Under the pieces are notes generated by a model, which was not told the DNA's origin, searched no databases, and saw only the letters and a list, made by a program, of their open reading frames with translations. Positions 56,351-64,000 of a DNA stretch of 64,000 nucleotides are shown here, piece by piece; position 1 is the stretch's first letter, and each line of letters begins with the position of its first letter. Source of the stretch: Methanobacteriota archaeon. GTDB taxonomy: Archaea; Thermoplasmatota; Poseidoniia; Poseidoniales; Poseidoniaceae. The stretch is from positions 3,337 through 67,336 of the forward strand of contig WTIT01000089.1 of the NCBI GenBank assembly GCA_011526375.1, read 5' to 3'. The position numbers and the translations under genes are program-made.

Positions 56351-57665
56351 CTTTTTGTTCTATTTCATCGATTGTAGCCTTCGCTTCACCATCTGATAAG
56401 GCCAAGATAACTTGCTGACCCTTTGCTAAATCCTGACTATTACTTACGACTGCCCCGTCTACATTGGTAATCATACTATATCCTCTGTCCAATACATTTC
56501 TGGGATGGGCCGAGTTTAATGCCGATTTAATCACGGCTAGTCTAGTAGTTTCATCTGCGATAGATTTCTGCATTAACAACTGAATTGTATTGTTGAGCAA
56601 TTGTATTTTTTCTCTAGCATTGCTGAACTTGCTGGAAACTGCATTGGTTAATCTGTTTGATAATTCAGCAACTTGTTGATTGGCATTGTATATCCCTTTT
56701 AGAGGAGCGTTAAGCAGTCTTGATTGATAGAATTGTAGATTATGTCGACAATCCAGAATCAATCGATTTGTCGATTCGTCTAATCTTTCTAGAAGATGAT
56801 GTATCAGCATTTGGTGGTAATCGAATTCAGGCACACAAAGTTCTACAGCATTAGATGGAGTTGACGCTCGTAGGTCTGCAACAAGGTCTGAGACCAGCAA
56901 ATCAGACTCATGCCCTACAGCAGAAATAACTGGAACCGTTGATGCAATGATAGCGCGAACCACCGGCTCTAGGTTGAATGCCCACAAATCTTCAGGCGCC
57001 CCACCACCTCTGCCGACAATAATCAAATCTACAGGAGGTTGGTTTAGCCTCGCAGCAGTTGCCTTCAGTGATAGTTTTCCAGCGGCCAATATGCCCCGAA
57101 CAATCTCGTTGGAGGCATTCTCACCTTGAACGGTGACTCCGATAATCGTTCGTCTAAGTCCAGGCCATCGATTATCAATCAACCGATTCATGTCAGATAA
57201 TGCAGCTGAACCAGTACCGGTAATGATGGCAATGTGCTTGGGAATCGCTGGTAAATCTTGCCTTGGCCTGTCGAGTAAGCCTTCTTTTCTCAATGATTCG
57301 ATAAGCAATTTCTTTCGTTCTTCTAACAGCCCTAATTTGTTAACTGGTTCTATTCTATTAACCACTAACTGGATTTTTCCTGCTTTTGCATATAGGTCGA
57401 GGTTGGCAATTACTACAACTACACTACCTTCTTCAATAAGCGGGTCAATGTTGCACCTACCCTTCCAAATCACCGCACTTATTTGTCCATCAGAATCTCT
57501 CAAAGTGAAATATGTGTGGCCACTTGGGTATTGCTTCCATTGGGTTATTTCACCAGTTATTACTTGATTTTGAAATATTTGATCATGTCTAATTGTATTT
57601 CTTACCAAATTGACAAATTGTCCTACTGGTATTGGGCCAGTAGTTACCTCGCTGCCGGCCCTCAT
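56343..57665 (-). CDS. xseA: Exodeoxyribonuclease VII large subunit
   Basis: N-terminal OB fold (VITGEITQWKQYPSGHTYFTLRDSDGQISAVIW), a catalytic region with GRGGG and SAVGHESD, and a coiled-coil C-terminus. Confidence 0.88.
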   Translation of the reverse strand: MRAGSEVTTGPIPVGQFVNLVRNTIRHDQIFQNQVITGEITQWKQYPSGHTYFTLRDSDGQISAVIWKGRCNIDPLIEEGSVVVVIANLDLYAKAGKIQLVVNRIEPVNKLGLLEERKKLLIESLRKEGLLDRPRQDLPAIPKHIAIITGTGSAALSDMNRLIDNRWPGLRRTIIGVTVQGENASNEIVRGILAAGKLSLKATAARLNQPPVDLIIVGRGGGAPEDLWAFNLEPVVRAIIASTVPVISAVGHESDLLVSDLVADLRASTPSNAVELCVPEFDYHQMLIHHLLERLDESTNRLILDCRHNLQFYQSRLLNAPLKGIYNANQQVAELSNRLTNAVSSKFSNAREKIQLLNNTIQLLMQKSIADETTRLAVIKSALNSAHPRNVLDRGYSMITNVDGAVVSNSQDLAKGQQVILALSDGEAKATIDEIEQKGE

Positions 57666-57706
57666 AGGCTCAAACTATAGCCATGGGTTATTGAACATGT
57701 CCAAAC

Positions 57707-57886
57707 TTATTCTTCAGAAGTTTGCTTAGCATGTTCTCGACGTTGTCTAGTTTGGTAGTTTTGGCGTAACTCAACTTCCTGTAACTTCTTCTTGACTTTG
57801 TTGCGTAAAAATCGCACGACGATTACCACAGCCAAGATGTCGATGATAAGAATCAACCATTCGACATAAGTCCAATTGTCAAACAT
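57707..57886 (-). CDS. Small single-TM protein with basic C-terminal tail
   Basis: WTYVEWLILIIDILAVVIVVRFL then a K/R/Q-rich tail. Start is ATG 57886 or GTG 57895, immediately after the ferredoxin stop. Confidence 0.4.
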   Translation of the reverse strand: MFDNWTYVEWLILIIDILAVVIVVRFLRNKVKKKLQEVELRQNYQTRQRREHAKQTSEE

Positions 57887-57895
57887 TTTAATCAC

Positions 57896-58225
57896 TCACA
57901 ATGGCGGACGAATGTCGATTTCACAATCGCTAACAGGAATTCCAATACAGCCCAATCTAGCATTTTGTTCAACCATATAATCGTCCAAGCCAGGCGGCAA
58001 AACATCAGGCAATGGTACGTCACCCGATAACAAAGTAATCATGCAAGTGCCACAGGTACCCGAAGTACAATTGGTAGGGATGTTTACTCCAGCAGATTCA
58101 GCATGCTCGACTATCGTATCACCAAGCACGAGTCTAGTCTGGCCGAGTAATTTTGGACCCATAAAAAACCGTACTAATTCGATTTCTTGGTCGTCATTCT
58201 CATTATGAGAATCGCCATTATTCAT
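57896..58225 (-). CDS. Plant-type [2Fe-2S] ferredoxin
   Basis: Cluster motif CTSGTCGTC (C-x4-C-x2-C) plus a distal LGC. Confidence 0.8.
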   Translation of the reverse strand: MNNGDSHNENDDQEIELVRFFMGPKLLGQTRLVLGDTIVEHAESAGVNIPTNCTSGTCGTCMITLLSGDVPLPDVLPPGLDDYMVEQNARLGCIGIPVSDCEIDIRPPL

Positions 58226-58234
58226 CCAATCGCC

Positions 58235-59326
58235 TCAGCGGACATCCTTGTGACGAGTCCATCGACCGGTTTGTTTGTTGAAGTACAATCCAGCCTTCTT
58301 CATCCACTTGTTGAACTTTGTAGCACCGGCACCAGTTCGTAAGATGAAGTCCTCACGGTCCTCTTGTGCTTGGATGTAATCTTTAGCGGCGAGGGTTTGG
58401 TCGATCCAGTCATTGATATCCATCAAGCCGCCACCTAGAGTGCTTTCTTCTACGACTCTACTCATTTCATCAGCGCTAGCACCGGTTTGCTCAAGGTCTT
58501 TCTTAATCATGTCATTAACTGATGAGAAATCCATTGCTGCTGGTTTCGGTGGAACAGGATTACGGGGACGCTTATCCTCATCAATCAAAATTCGATTACC
58601 ATTAATCAAGCGCTCTTCGACATTGTCGGCTAGAGCAGGAGAGAAGTTCTCTTCACATTCCCAACATATGAATGACCATTCTTCAGGCTTATCCATATCT
58701 CTTGCTTGACGAGGGTCCATCTCATCACCGCACATAGGGCAAGCATGGAAAATAAGGGCTGGAACAAACTTGCGTCTAAAATCTACAATATCTTGAGGTG
58801 TGCCCTCTAACTCTAGCATTTCATGATCTCTTGCTGCTTCTAGCCCTCTAGTTTCAAGTTGGTCTCGAATCTTGACCTTTTGGTCATCCTTGCCTTCATC
58901 GTACAAGTTATTCTCTAGTTTGACAATCAGTTCAACTGTTTTGCCTAGTCGATTCATAATTAGTTTCTTAGCTCTAAAGGCTTCAACCTTGGCGATTTTT
59001 AGACGTTCTTTCTGTTCAGCAAGCTCAGTTAGTACATCTTTTTGCTTACGTTGAAATTTGATTTCTTCAATTTTTGAATCAACTTTCTTTTCAGGAGCCA
59101 ATACCGATGCTAAAAATCTCTCTTTACCATGTGAGGAGTGGCCAGAATTGATAATCGAGATTACTCCATCAGCGATATCAGCCTTCAGCCCATAATTTTC
59201 AATGAGCATGTTTCGGTCAATTTTCTTTAAATCCCCGATTTTTAGTCCTGCATCGGCTAACTGCTGAGCAGTTGTGTCGTCAATTCCACGCCTCAATAAT
59301 GCAAGATATGTGTCTTTCTTAGCCAT
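58235..59326 (-). CDS. Hypothetical HhH + coiled-coil + zinc-ribbon protein
   Basis: N-terminal helix-hairpin-helix-like GIDDTTAQQLADAGLKIGDL, a long K/E coiled coil, and CPMC...CWEC. SD GGAGGGGA upstream of the ATG. Confidence 0.5.
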   Translation of the reverse strand: MAKKDTYLALLRRGIDDTTAQQLADAGLKIGDLKKIDRNMLIENYGLKADIADGVISIINSGHSSHGKERFLASVLAPEKKVDSKIEEIKFQRKQKDVLTELAEQKERLKIAKVEAFRAKKLIMNRLGKTVELIVKLENNLYDEGKDDQKVKIRDQLETRGLEAARDHEMLELEGTPQDIVDFRRKFVPALIFHACPMCGDEMDPRQARDMDKPEEWSFICWECEENFSPALADNVEERLINGNRILIDEDKRPRNPVPPKPAAMDFSSVNDMIKKDLEQTGASADEMSRVVEESTLGGGLMDINDWIDQTLAAKDYIQAQEDREDFILRTGAGATKFNKWMKKAGLYFNKQTGRWTRHKDVR

Positions 59327-59416
59327 AGCATCCCCTCCGACAAGTGCAGGCCAAGAGCCACTCCTAAGAAAAACCTCTCCTATCCAATTCCAGCAGTATT
59401 TGATAATTTTTCCGAT

Positions 59417-59422
59417 AAAAAA
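59417..59422 (-). terminator. Oligo-T stretch (T6 on the coding strand) downstream of ksgA
   Basis: AAAAAA on the + strand, 19-24 nt past the ksgA stop. Archaeal termination commonly uses oligo-T tracts. Confidence 0.3.
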
Positions 59423-59440
59423 GCATCATTGTGAGCCAAT

Positions 59441-60313
59441 TCACTCTTCTTCATTGAATTCTGCAAAATCCATCGCCAACTCCACCCAGTCATCAAAATC
59501 CAATTCTTCTGGACGAGCCTCCATTCTCTCATCATCCGCTAGATTGGCGTAGGCAGATTTCCACCTTGCCGCATACCAGTTGGGAATGCGGTTTAATCGT
59601 CGAGGAACTGACTTCAAACTGGTTCGCAATTTTTTGCGGCGTTGATTGAATGCTTGATGGATGATTTGTTTGATTAATCGCTTGTCTGCGGCAAATTCTT
59701 CATTACTTGGAATCATCTCAATGAAACATGAGTTTACCTTCGGGTTGGGGCTGAAATGATGTGGCGGTACCTTGGCTAGAATATCACACTGCCAATCGAG
59801 CAAGGCCGTCATTCCTAGCGAGCCAACATCTGATTCATATTCCATAACTAATCTTTCAGCAAATTCTTCTTGGACTAGCAGAATCACCTTGGCTAAGTTT
59901 TGCCATTTAGAACGCAGATATCTAGTTAGTAGTTCAACTAATGGCGAGGATATTTGATATGGAATATTCGCTACAACCTTGGTTATATCGGATGGCCAAT
60001 TGGTCTGCAAGGCGTCACCATGGTGAAGGGCTAACTGTTGACCTTCTATTTCACTTGAGAATATACGATTGAGATGTTCAACTACACCAGCATCAATTTC
60101 GATAGCAGTTACGGTACAACCCGTAGCAAGCAGCGCCTCGGTAAGGACTCCAGGCCCAGGACCAATTTCTAACACATGATCTTCGTTGTGAACATTACCA
60201 AAATCAATAGATTTTGCAATTAACTCATCGTTAATCAAGAAGTGTTGCCCAAGAGATTTGTCATTATCTTGTTTAGCACGCAACAAATCAACTAGTTGTC
60301 TCGCTGTCCTCAT
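59441..60313 (-). CDS. ksgA: 16S rRNA (adenine1518/1519-N6)-dimethyltransferase KsgA/Dim1 with acidic C-terminal extension
   Basis: LGQHFLIN, SAM motif EIGPGPGVLTE, NIPYQISS. The tail ends LDFDDWVELAMDFAEFNEEE. Confidence 0.9.
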   Translation of the reverse strand: MRTARQLVDLLRAKQDNDKSLGQHFLINDELIAKSIDFGNVHNEDHVLEIGPGPGVLTEALLATGCTVTAIEIDAGVVEHLNRIFSSEIEGQQLALHHGDALQTNWPSDITKVVANIPYQISSPLVELLTRYLRSKWQNLAKVILLVQEEFAERLVMEYESDVGSLGMTALLDWQCDILAKVPPHHFSPNPKVNSCFIEMIPSNEEFAADKRLIKQIIHQAFNQRRKKLRTSLKSVPRRLNRIPNWYAARWKSAYANLADDERMEARPEELDFDDWVELAMDFAEFNEEE

Positions 60314-61104
60314 GCTGACACCGGTAACAGGAGTTCTGAGAGTCGAGGTTGTAGGTTTTTATCTTCAATTTCAGCAACAAACCGTTTCGATAGTAGTTCA
60401 GCAGCGTCGATTGAACAAGATTCATTCAATTGCTCGAGGGAAGAAAATCCGCTTGAACCACGAATTTCAACCATTTGTAGAGCTTTCTTCTTACCAATTC
60501 CTGGTAGTAATTCGAAGGCGTGTTGTTTGAGTGATAACGGCCCAGCGATATTGAAGAATGACTTTATGAAATGCGTTTGATTTTCTTCAACAAACATTTG
60601 AGTAACCAAAGGCAGATCACTAACTGCACTGTTGGATAGGCGGTCAAGTTTAGCCATTCCTAGAATCTCACCAACTTCGGTTCGCTTGTTAGAGTCCACA
60701 CCAACATATATTCTTTCACCAACTGTAGTTGTAGGATTCTTTGCTGAGTATCGTCCAAGCATCATTTTGCTTTCTCCCAATGCAACAATAACATTGGTCT
60801 TTGCATCGTTTTCAATTACTCGTGCCCAAACTTCATCATCCAATGGTGTGGGTCGGCGAGGTTTCTGCTGACGTTGTCGATTATTGCCTCTATTTCCGGT
60901 ATTGCGTCGGTTGCCTCCACGTCGACGCTGTTGGTTGTTTTGCGGTCTAGGTTGTGCAGGTTTAGCGACTTTTTTGGGCACTTCTACGCGACCTTCTGCA
61001 GGTCTTGAAGGAGCGTAGTTTGAAGGATTGACAGTAGGTTTCTTGTCGACCTTCTTGGGAATTTTGATATTGCGGTCACGACTGAAACCGCTCATAGCAA
61101 TCAC
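60310..61104 (-). CDS. DUF655-family protein (OB-fold + HhH) with R/G/N/Q-rich N-terminal extension
   Basis: Sits between rpoF and ksgA, as in the conserved archaeal cluster. C-terminal HhH-like LLPGIGKKKALQMVEIR. N-terminal RRRGGNRRNTGNRGNNRQRQQKPRR. Confidence 0.7.
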   Translation of the reverse strand: MIAMSGFSRDRNIKIPKKVDKKPTVNPSNYAPSRPAEGRVEVPKKVAKPAQPRPQNNQQRRRGGNRRNTGNRGNNRQRQQKPRRPTPLDDEVWARVIENDAKTNVIVALGESKMMLGRYSAKNPTTTVGERIYVGVDSNKRTEVGEILGMAKLDRLSNSAVSDLPLVTQMFVEENQTHFIKSFFNIAGPLSLKQHAFELLPGIGKKKALQMVEIRGSSGFSSLEQLNESCSIDAAELLSKRFVAEIEDKNLQPRLSELLLPVSA

Positions 61105-61114
61105 CTAATCTGTA

Positions 61115-61477
61115 TCACTCAAAACCAACATGTTGTCTGACAATGTCAAGGATTTGATTAATTTCAGAGTCATCAATAGCGATTCTCTTGGATACCAAAA
61201 CAGTCTTCACGTCGTCAGGATACATTGGAATTAACTCAGCGATTTTTGCGGCTAAGTCAGGGTATTGAGCAAGCTTGTCCATCTCACATAGGGCGGCTTT
61301 GAGAGTTTCAAATACCTCTGGGTTGGTTTTGTAGCCATTCCTGTTGTCACTTGCAGCCCACTGTGCGTGTTGAAGAGCAGCGACTTGCTCGTAGGTAAGG
61401 TCGCCTCTTCTATCTTGTGCGCTTTCTAGCATATCTCTAACAGTTGCGAAATCAACATATTTGTCTTCTTCACTCAT
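61115..61477 (-). CDS. rpoF: DNA-directed RNA polymerase subunit Rpo4 (RpoF)
   Basis: About 120 aa helical Rpb4/RpoF-like protein directly downstream of L21e. ATG 61477 is preceded by GGAGTGAT. The ORF-track GTG is at 61486. Confidence 0.75.
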   Translation of the reverse strand: MSEEDKYVDFATVRDMLESAQDRRGDLTYEQVAALQHAQWAASDNRNGYKTNPEVFETLKAALCEMDKLAQYPDLAAKIAELIPMYPDDVKTVLVSKRIAIDDSEINQILDIVRQHVGFE

Positions 61478-61482
61478 GATTA

Positions 61483-61773
61483 TCACTCCAATGGTCGAAG
61501 GTGCTCCGGTCGAGCGATTACGGTCTTTTGCATGTTTCCGTCCTTAACAGATACAACCCAAGCAACTCCTTGGCGCTTTTCGATAAAACCGGTTCTCCCG
61601 TGGAATCTTCTGTGAGGCATACCCATTTGCTGACCACCATCGAGAACAATTGCAACTCTGTCGCCAGCTTCATAATCATGCATTACTCTGCTGATATTCA
61701 GGCGACTGCGCTCGTTTTTTCTTCTTCTTAGAATGCTTCGAGTTCTTACTCTCTGTCCTTTGGAACGCTTCAT
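61483..61773 (-). CDS. rpl21e: 50S ribosomal protein L21e
   Basis: MKRSKGQRVRTRS...GDRVAIVLDG...MPHRRFHGRTGFI signature. ATG 61773 with a GGAGG SD is preferred over the ORF-track start 61824. Confidence 0.9.
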   Translation of the reverse strand: MKRSKGQRVRTRSILRRRKNERSRLNISRVMHDYEAGDRVAIVLDGGQQMGMPHRRFHGRTGFIEKRQGVAWVVSVKDGNMQKTVIARPEHLRPLE

Positions 61774-61781
61774 GGTTTTCG

Positions 61782-61786
61782 CCTCC
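61782..61786 (-). promoter_or_regulatory. Shine-Dalgarno site (GGAGG) for rpl21e
   Basis: CCTCC on the + strand equals GGAGG on the coding strand, 8 nt upstream of ATG 61773. Confidence 0.6.
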
Positions 61787-61842
61787 TTTGCAGCCGATTC
61801 AGCATATTGCCATCTTCGGAGCATTTTGCCGACCTACCGATT

Positions 61843-61852
61843 GCATATAAGC
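61843..61852 (-). promoter_or_regulatory. Candidate TATA box (GCTTATATGC on the coding strand) for the rpl21e-rpoF-DUF655-ksgA operon
   Basis: The only TATA-like element in the 63-nt gap after pus10. About 75 nt upstream of the rpl21e ATG, which implies a leader carrying the SD. Confidence 0.3.
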
Positions 61853-61887
61853 ACCGCGACGAAAAAGCGGGCAAATTTCAGGGCAAA

Positions 61888-63615
61888 TCAGTCAGCGTGA
61901 ATGTCCCCTACATCAAGCCACAAGACCTCACATTTTGCTTTCAATAGCGAGGCAACGCTCGGCTGAGTTCTTCCATTATCGCCATGCACAGTTTCTTTGA
62001 CATAGGTGCCCGATTCACATCGTAGCGTGAACTCTACTTCGACTTCTCCGTCATCGTTTATTTCAATCACCGGTTCATGTACTGTGACAACTTCCCTTCT
62101 GCGAATTAAATCAGCTCGGCGATGAGCGACACGATCAGGAGTTCTTTGTGCTAATTTTGTCCCTTGAAGCGCCATAATTGTGGATTTGATAGTTTCAGCA
62201 TCGGGCAAGTCAAAGCAGGTACTGCCAGGAGCCGGCATAGCCAAAATCCGTTCAATTAGTTCTGCTTTTTTACCGGTTTTTGCAAGGCCGTTTTCGACGC
62301 AAATGGCTTCTAATTCGGCCTTTTTCATCTTGGCAAGATCATCCTCTTGGAAGCCAGTACTTTCAGTGACGATTTCTGTCGGCAGTGGTGTTTTGTTATC
62401 CTTGCGCTTATCGCCCCGTTTAGGACGGCGCTTGCGGGATTTACTATCCTCCTTAGTCAAATCAAGCGGAGCGGTTAGTACGCCATATTCTAACTCATTC
62501 ATCGGCTGTAATCTAAATCGAATAGTGTAAGATTTGTCAGCAGGAGTGTCCTTAATTCTAACAACCTCGCTGCGATTTGAACTCCTCAAATCCGAAACTT
62601 CGATTGAACCATTTGCTTGTTCGTTGATTAGATTCTCGAGTTCTTGATAGTTACAAGACCTAAGTTTTGGTTCTTTTAATTCGATGACGAATGGTCTACC
62701 GCGACCCATGCAACGGACATCAATATCTTCTCTGCCCATACCGTGGAATGAGTGCTCAGGAGACTGTAATACCTCGAGGATTGGATTGCCGATCAAGTCT
62801 TGAACGCTTGAATCATACTGCAGACCAGTGCCATTACACTTCTCACAACCTCTTCCCTTGCAAGCCCTACATGGCCACTTTGTTTGCGGGATTCCGCGCT
62901 CTAATTTTCGATACCGGCCATAGATGTAGTGCGCCCGCACATCTAATTCTACAGTTAGGGTCAGAACATCGATTAAAGCAAGGACATGTGGTTTTTCATT
63001 GACCAATGTAACCCCCTCTAAACGCTTATTCAAATTGCGAGCAATTTCTGTTACCAAACCGGTTTTCAAACCGTCAGAGCCTGTTGCACCGTAACGTTTC
63101 CTTTCAGCATCCTCTTCTTCGATTTGATCCTTAGGAAACCTCGTGCCGAGTTGCAGACGTTTGATTTCATAAGCCTCAATTCGGTCATAAATTATGTCAG
63201 CAAGTAAATCGGCTTCTTCAAACAGATTTTCGCAAAAAGGACAGAGGGAAATATCCTCTCGGATATTAGCCAAGTGACTATTGCCTTCCACGACGCTCTG
63301 CCGAATTTCTTGGCCAGATTCCTCGATGGTCTGTTCATATCGCTTTTTACCGCCGAGTCTGCCCAAACAGAAGTCACAGCATCCGCTTCTTACCAAGTGT
63401 TTCAAACCTGCAGGATTGGGTGCACGAGGGATCTCTTCCATGTGCGTGCCAAGTTGCTCAGGCAAGTCGAGGTCCAACTGCTCAGGCTCTTCTTCTACCT
63501 CTGCTTCTTCTGTTTCCTCATCCCATAGGGAATAGTCGGTTTGTCCAAAGCCTGCGCTGGCATATTTCATCCAATCTTCTTCGTTATCTTCAGGCATTAA
63601 CATCACCACTGCCAT
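61888..63615 (-). CDS. pus10: tRNA pseudouridine(54/55) synthase Pus10 with acidic N-terminal extension and internal basic + SAP-like insertion
   Basis: Zn motifs CCDFCLGR and CPFC, a THUMP-like region, and catalytic HGMGREDIDVRCMGRGRPFVIE and QRTPDRVAHRR. ATG 63615 chosen; the ORF track starts at 63642. Confidence 0.85.
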   Translation of the reverse strand: MAVVMLMPEDNEEDWMKYASAGFGQTDYSLWDEETEEAEVEEEPEQLDLDLPEQLGTHMEEIPRAPNPAGLKHLVRSGCCDFCLGRLGGKKRYEQTIEESGQEIRQSVVEGNSHLANIREDISLCPFCENLFEEADLLADIIYDRIEAYEIKRLQLGTRFPKDQIEEEDAERKRYGATGSDGLKTGLVTEIARNLNKRLEGVTLVNEKPHVLALIDVLTLTVELDVRAHYIYGRYRKLERGIPQTKWPCRACKGRGCEKCNGTGLQYDSSVQDLIGNPILEVLQSPEHSFHGMGREDIDVRCMGRGRPFVIELKEPKLRSCNYQELENLINEQANGSIEVSDLRSSNRSEVVRIKDTPADKSYTIRFRLQPMNELEYGVLTAPLDLTKEDSKSRKRRPKRGDKRKDNKTPLPTEIVTESTGFQEDDLAKMKKAELEAICVENGLAKTGKKAELIERILAMPAPGSTCFDLPDAETIKSTIMALQGTKLAQRTPDRVAHRRADLIRRREVVTVHEPVIEINDDGEVEVEFTLRCESGTYVKETVHGDNGRTQPSVASLLKAKCEVLWLDVGDIHAD

Positions 63616-63684
63616 GGGGCCAACCCCGGTGGAAGCAAGCAATGCTCAAAGCATCTGTTCAAGAAGATGACGGCTGATATTGCA

Positions 63685-63996
63685 TCATTCTCGCTTGTCA
63701 AGCATGTCCAATACACCGGCAGTGATAGCAAGAATACCAGCAAACATCACAATGTAAAATGATGAACCAGTTCCAAATTCATCATCAAAATTATATTTCA
63801 TGAATGTCCAAATTATTGCACCTAACAGAATGACTCCACCGCTTACCCAAGATGATATACGGCCATAATTTTGCATGTTTCCTGGCAATTCTTTGCCAAG
63901 TGTTGCCATAGTCAACATCACTGCAGATACCAATGCACCAAAGATACCGAGCCATAGGAAAGTCCCGGTCAAACCACCAGCAGAATCATTGCTCAA
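63685..63996 (-). CDS. Small 3-TM membrane protein (5' end may lie beyond the window)
   Basis: Hydrophobic helices. Frame is still open upstream of the TTG at 63996, up to the window edge. Confidence 0.4.
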   Translation of the reverse strand: MSNDSAGGLTGTFLWLGIFGALVSAVMLTMATLGKELPGNMQNYGRISSWVSGGVILLGAIIWTFMKYNFDDEFGTGSSFYIVMFAGILAITAGVLDMLDKRE

Positions 63997-64000
63997 ACAG

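Noticed and set aside
1-64000. Looked for CRISPR arrays, IS elements, rRNA genes and long nucleotide-level tandem repeats
   Set aside because: No regularly spaced direct repeats, transposase or integrase-like ORFs, or rRNA-like segments were seen. Every gap over 100 nt is a simple divergent or convergent intergenic spacer. This was a visual scan only, so short or degenerate elements could have been missed.

Overview
Gene-dense chromosomal segment of an archaeon. Most intergenic gaps are under 130 nt, and I found no rRNA, CRISPR array, transposase or integrase. The archaeal assignment rests on RadA, FtsZ, an archaeal-type PGK, a Fap7/AK6-type kinase, an initiator-type tRNA-Met, and the conserved cluster Pus10 / L21e / Rpo4(RpoF) / DUF655 / KsgA-Dim1. 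Many genes carry strong Shine-Dalgarno motifs (AGGAGGTGAT-like). Bacterial-looking genes sit on this backbone: MaeB with a PTA-like domain, XseA/XseB, RlmH and a PabB-PabA fusion. There are also several very large C-terminally anchored surface proteins (2790, 1082 and 1199 aa). This content fits a planktonic marine heterotrophic euryarchaeon such as Marine Group II/Poseidoniales, but that placement is inference only. The items most worth follow-up: (1) a 1199-aa animal-type heme peroxidase fused to a seven-repeat FG-GAP/CRTAC1-ASPIC-like module with a C-terminal TM anchor. (2) A roughly 13-TM protein that looks like heme-copper oxidase subunit I without its metal-ligand histidines, carrying two EF-hands and a SAP/Rho_N-like tail. 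(3) The 2790-aa propeller plus tandem Fn3-like-module surface protein, whose module type recurs in the 1082-aa protein. (4) An 1130-aa helical-repeat protein ending in a PIN nuclease domain. (5) A possible doublet histone-fold protein. (6) An archaeal xseAB operon with ferredoxin, DUF59-like and HhH/zinc-ribbon genes. (7) A basic plus SAP-like insertion inside Pus10. All family calls come from motif recognition by eye; no database search was run.
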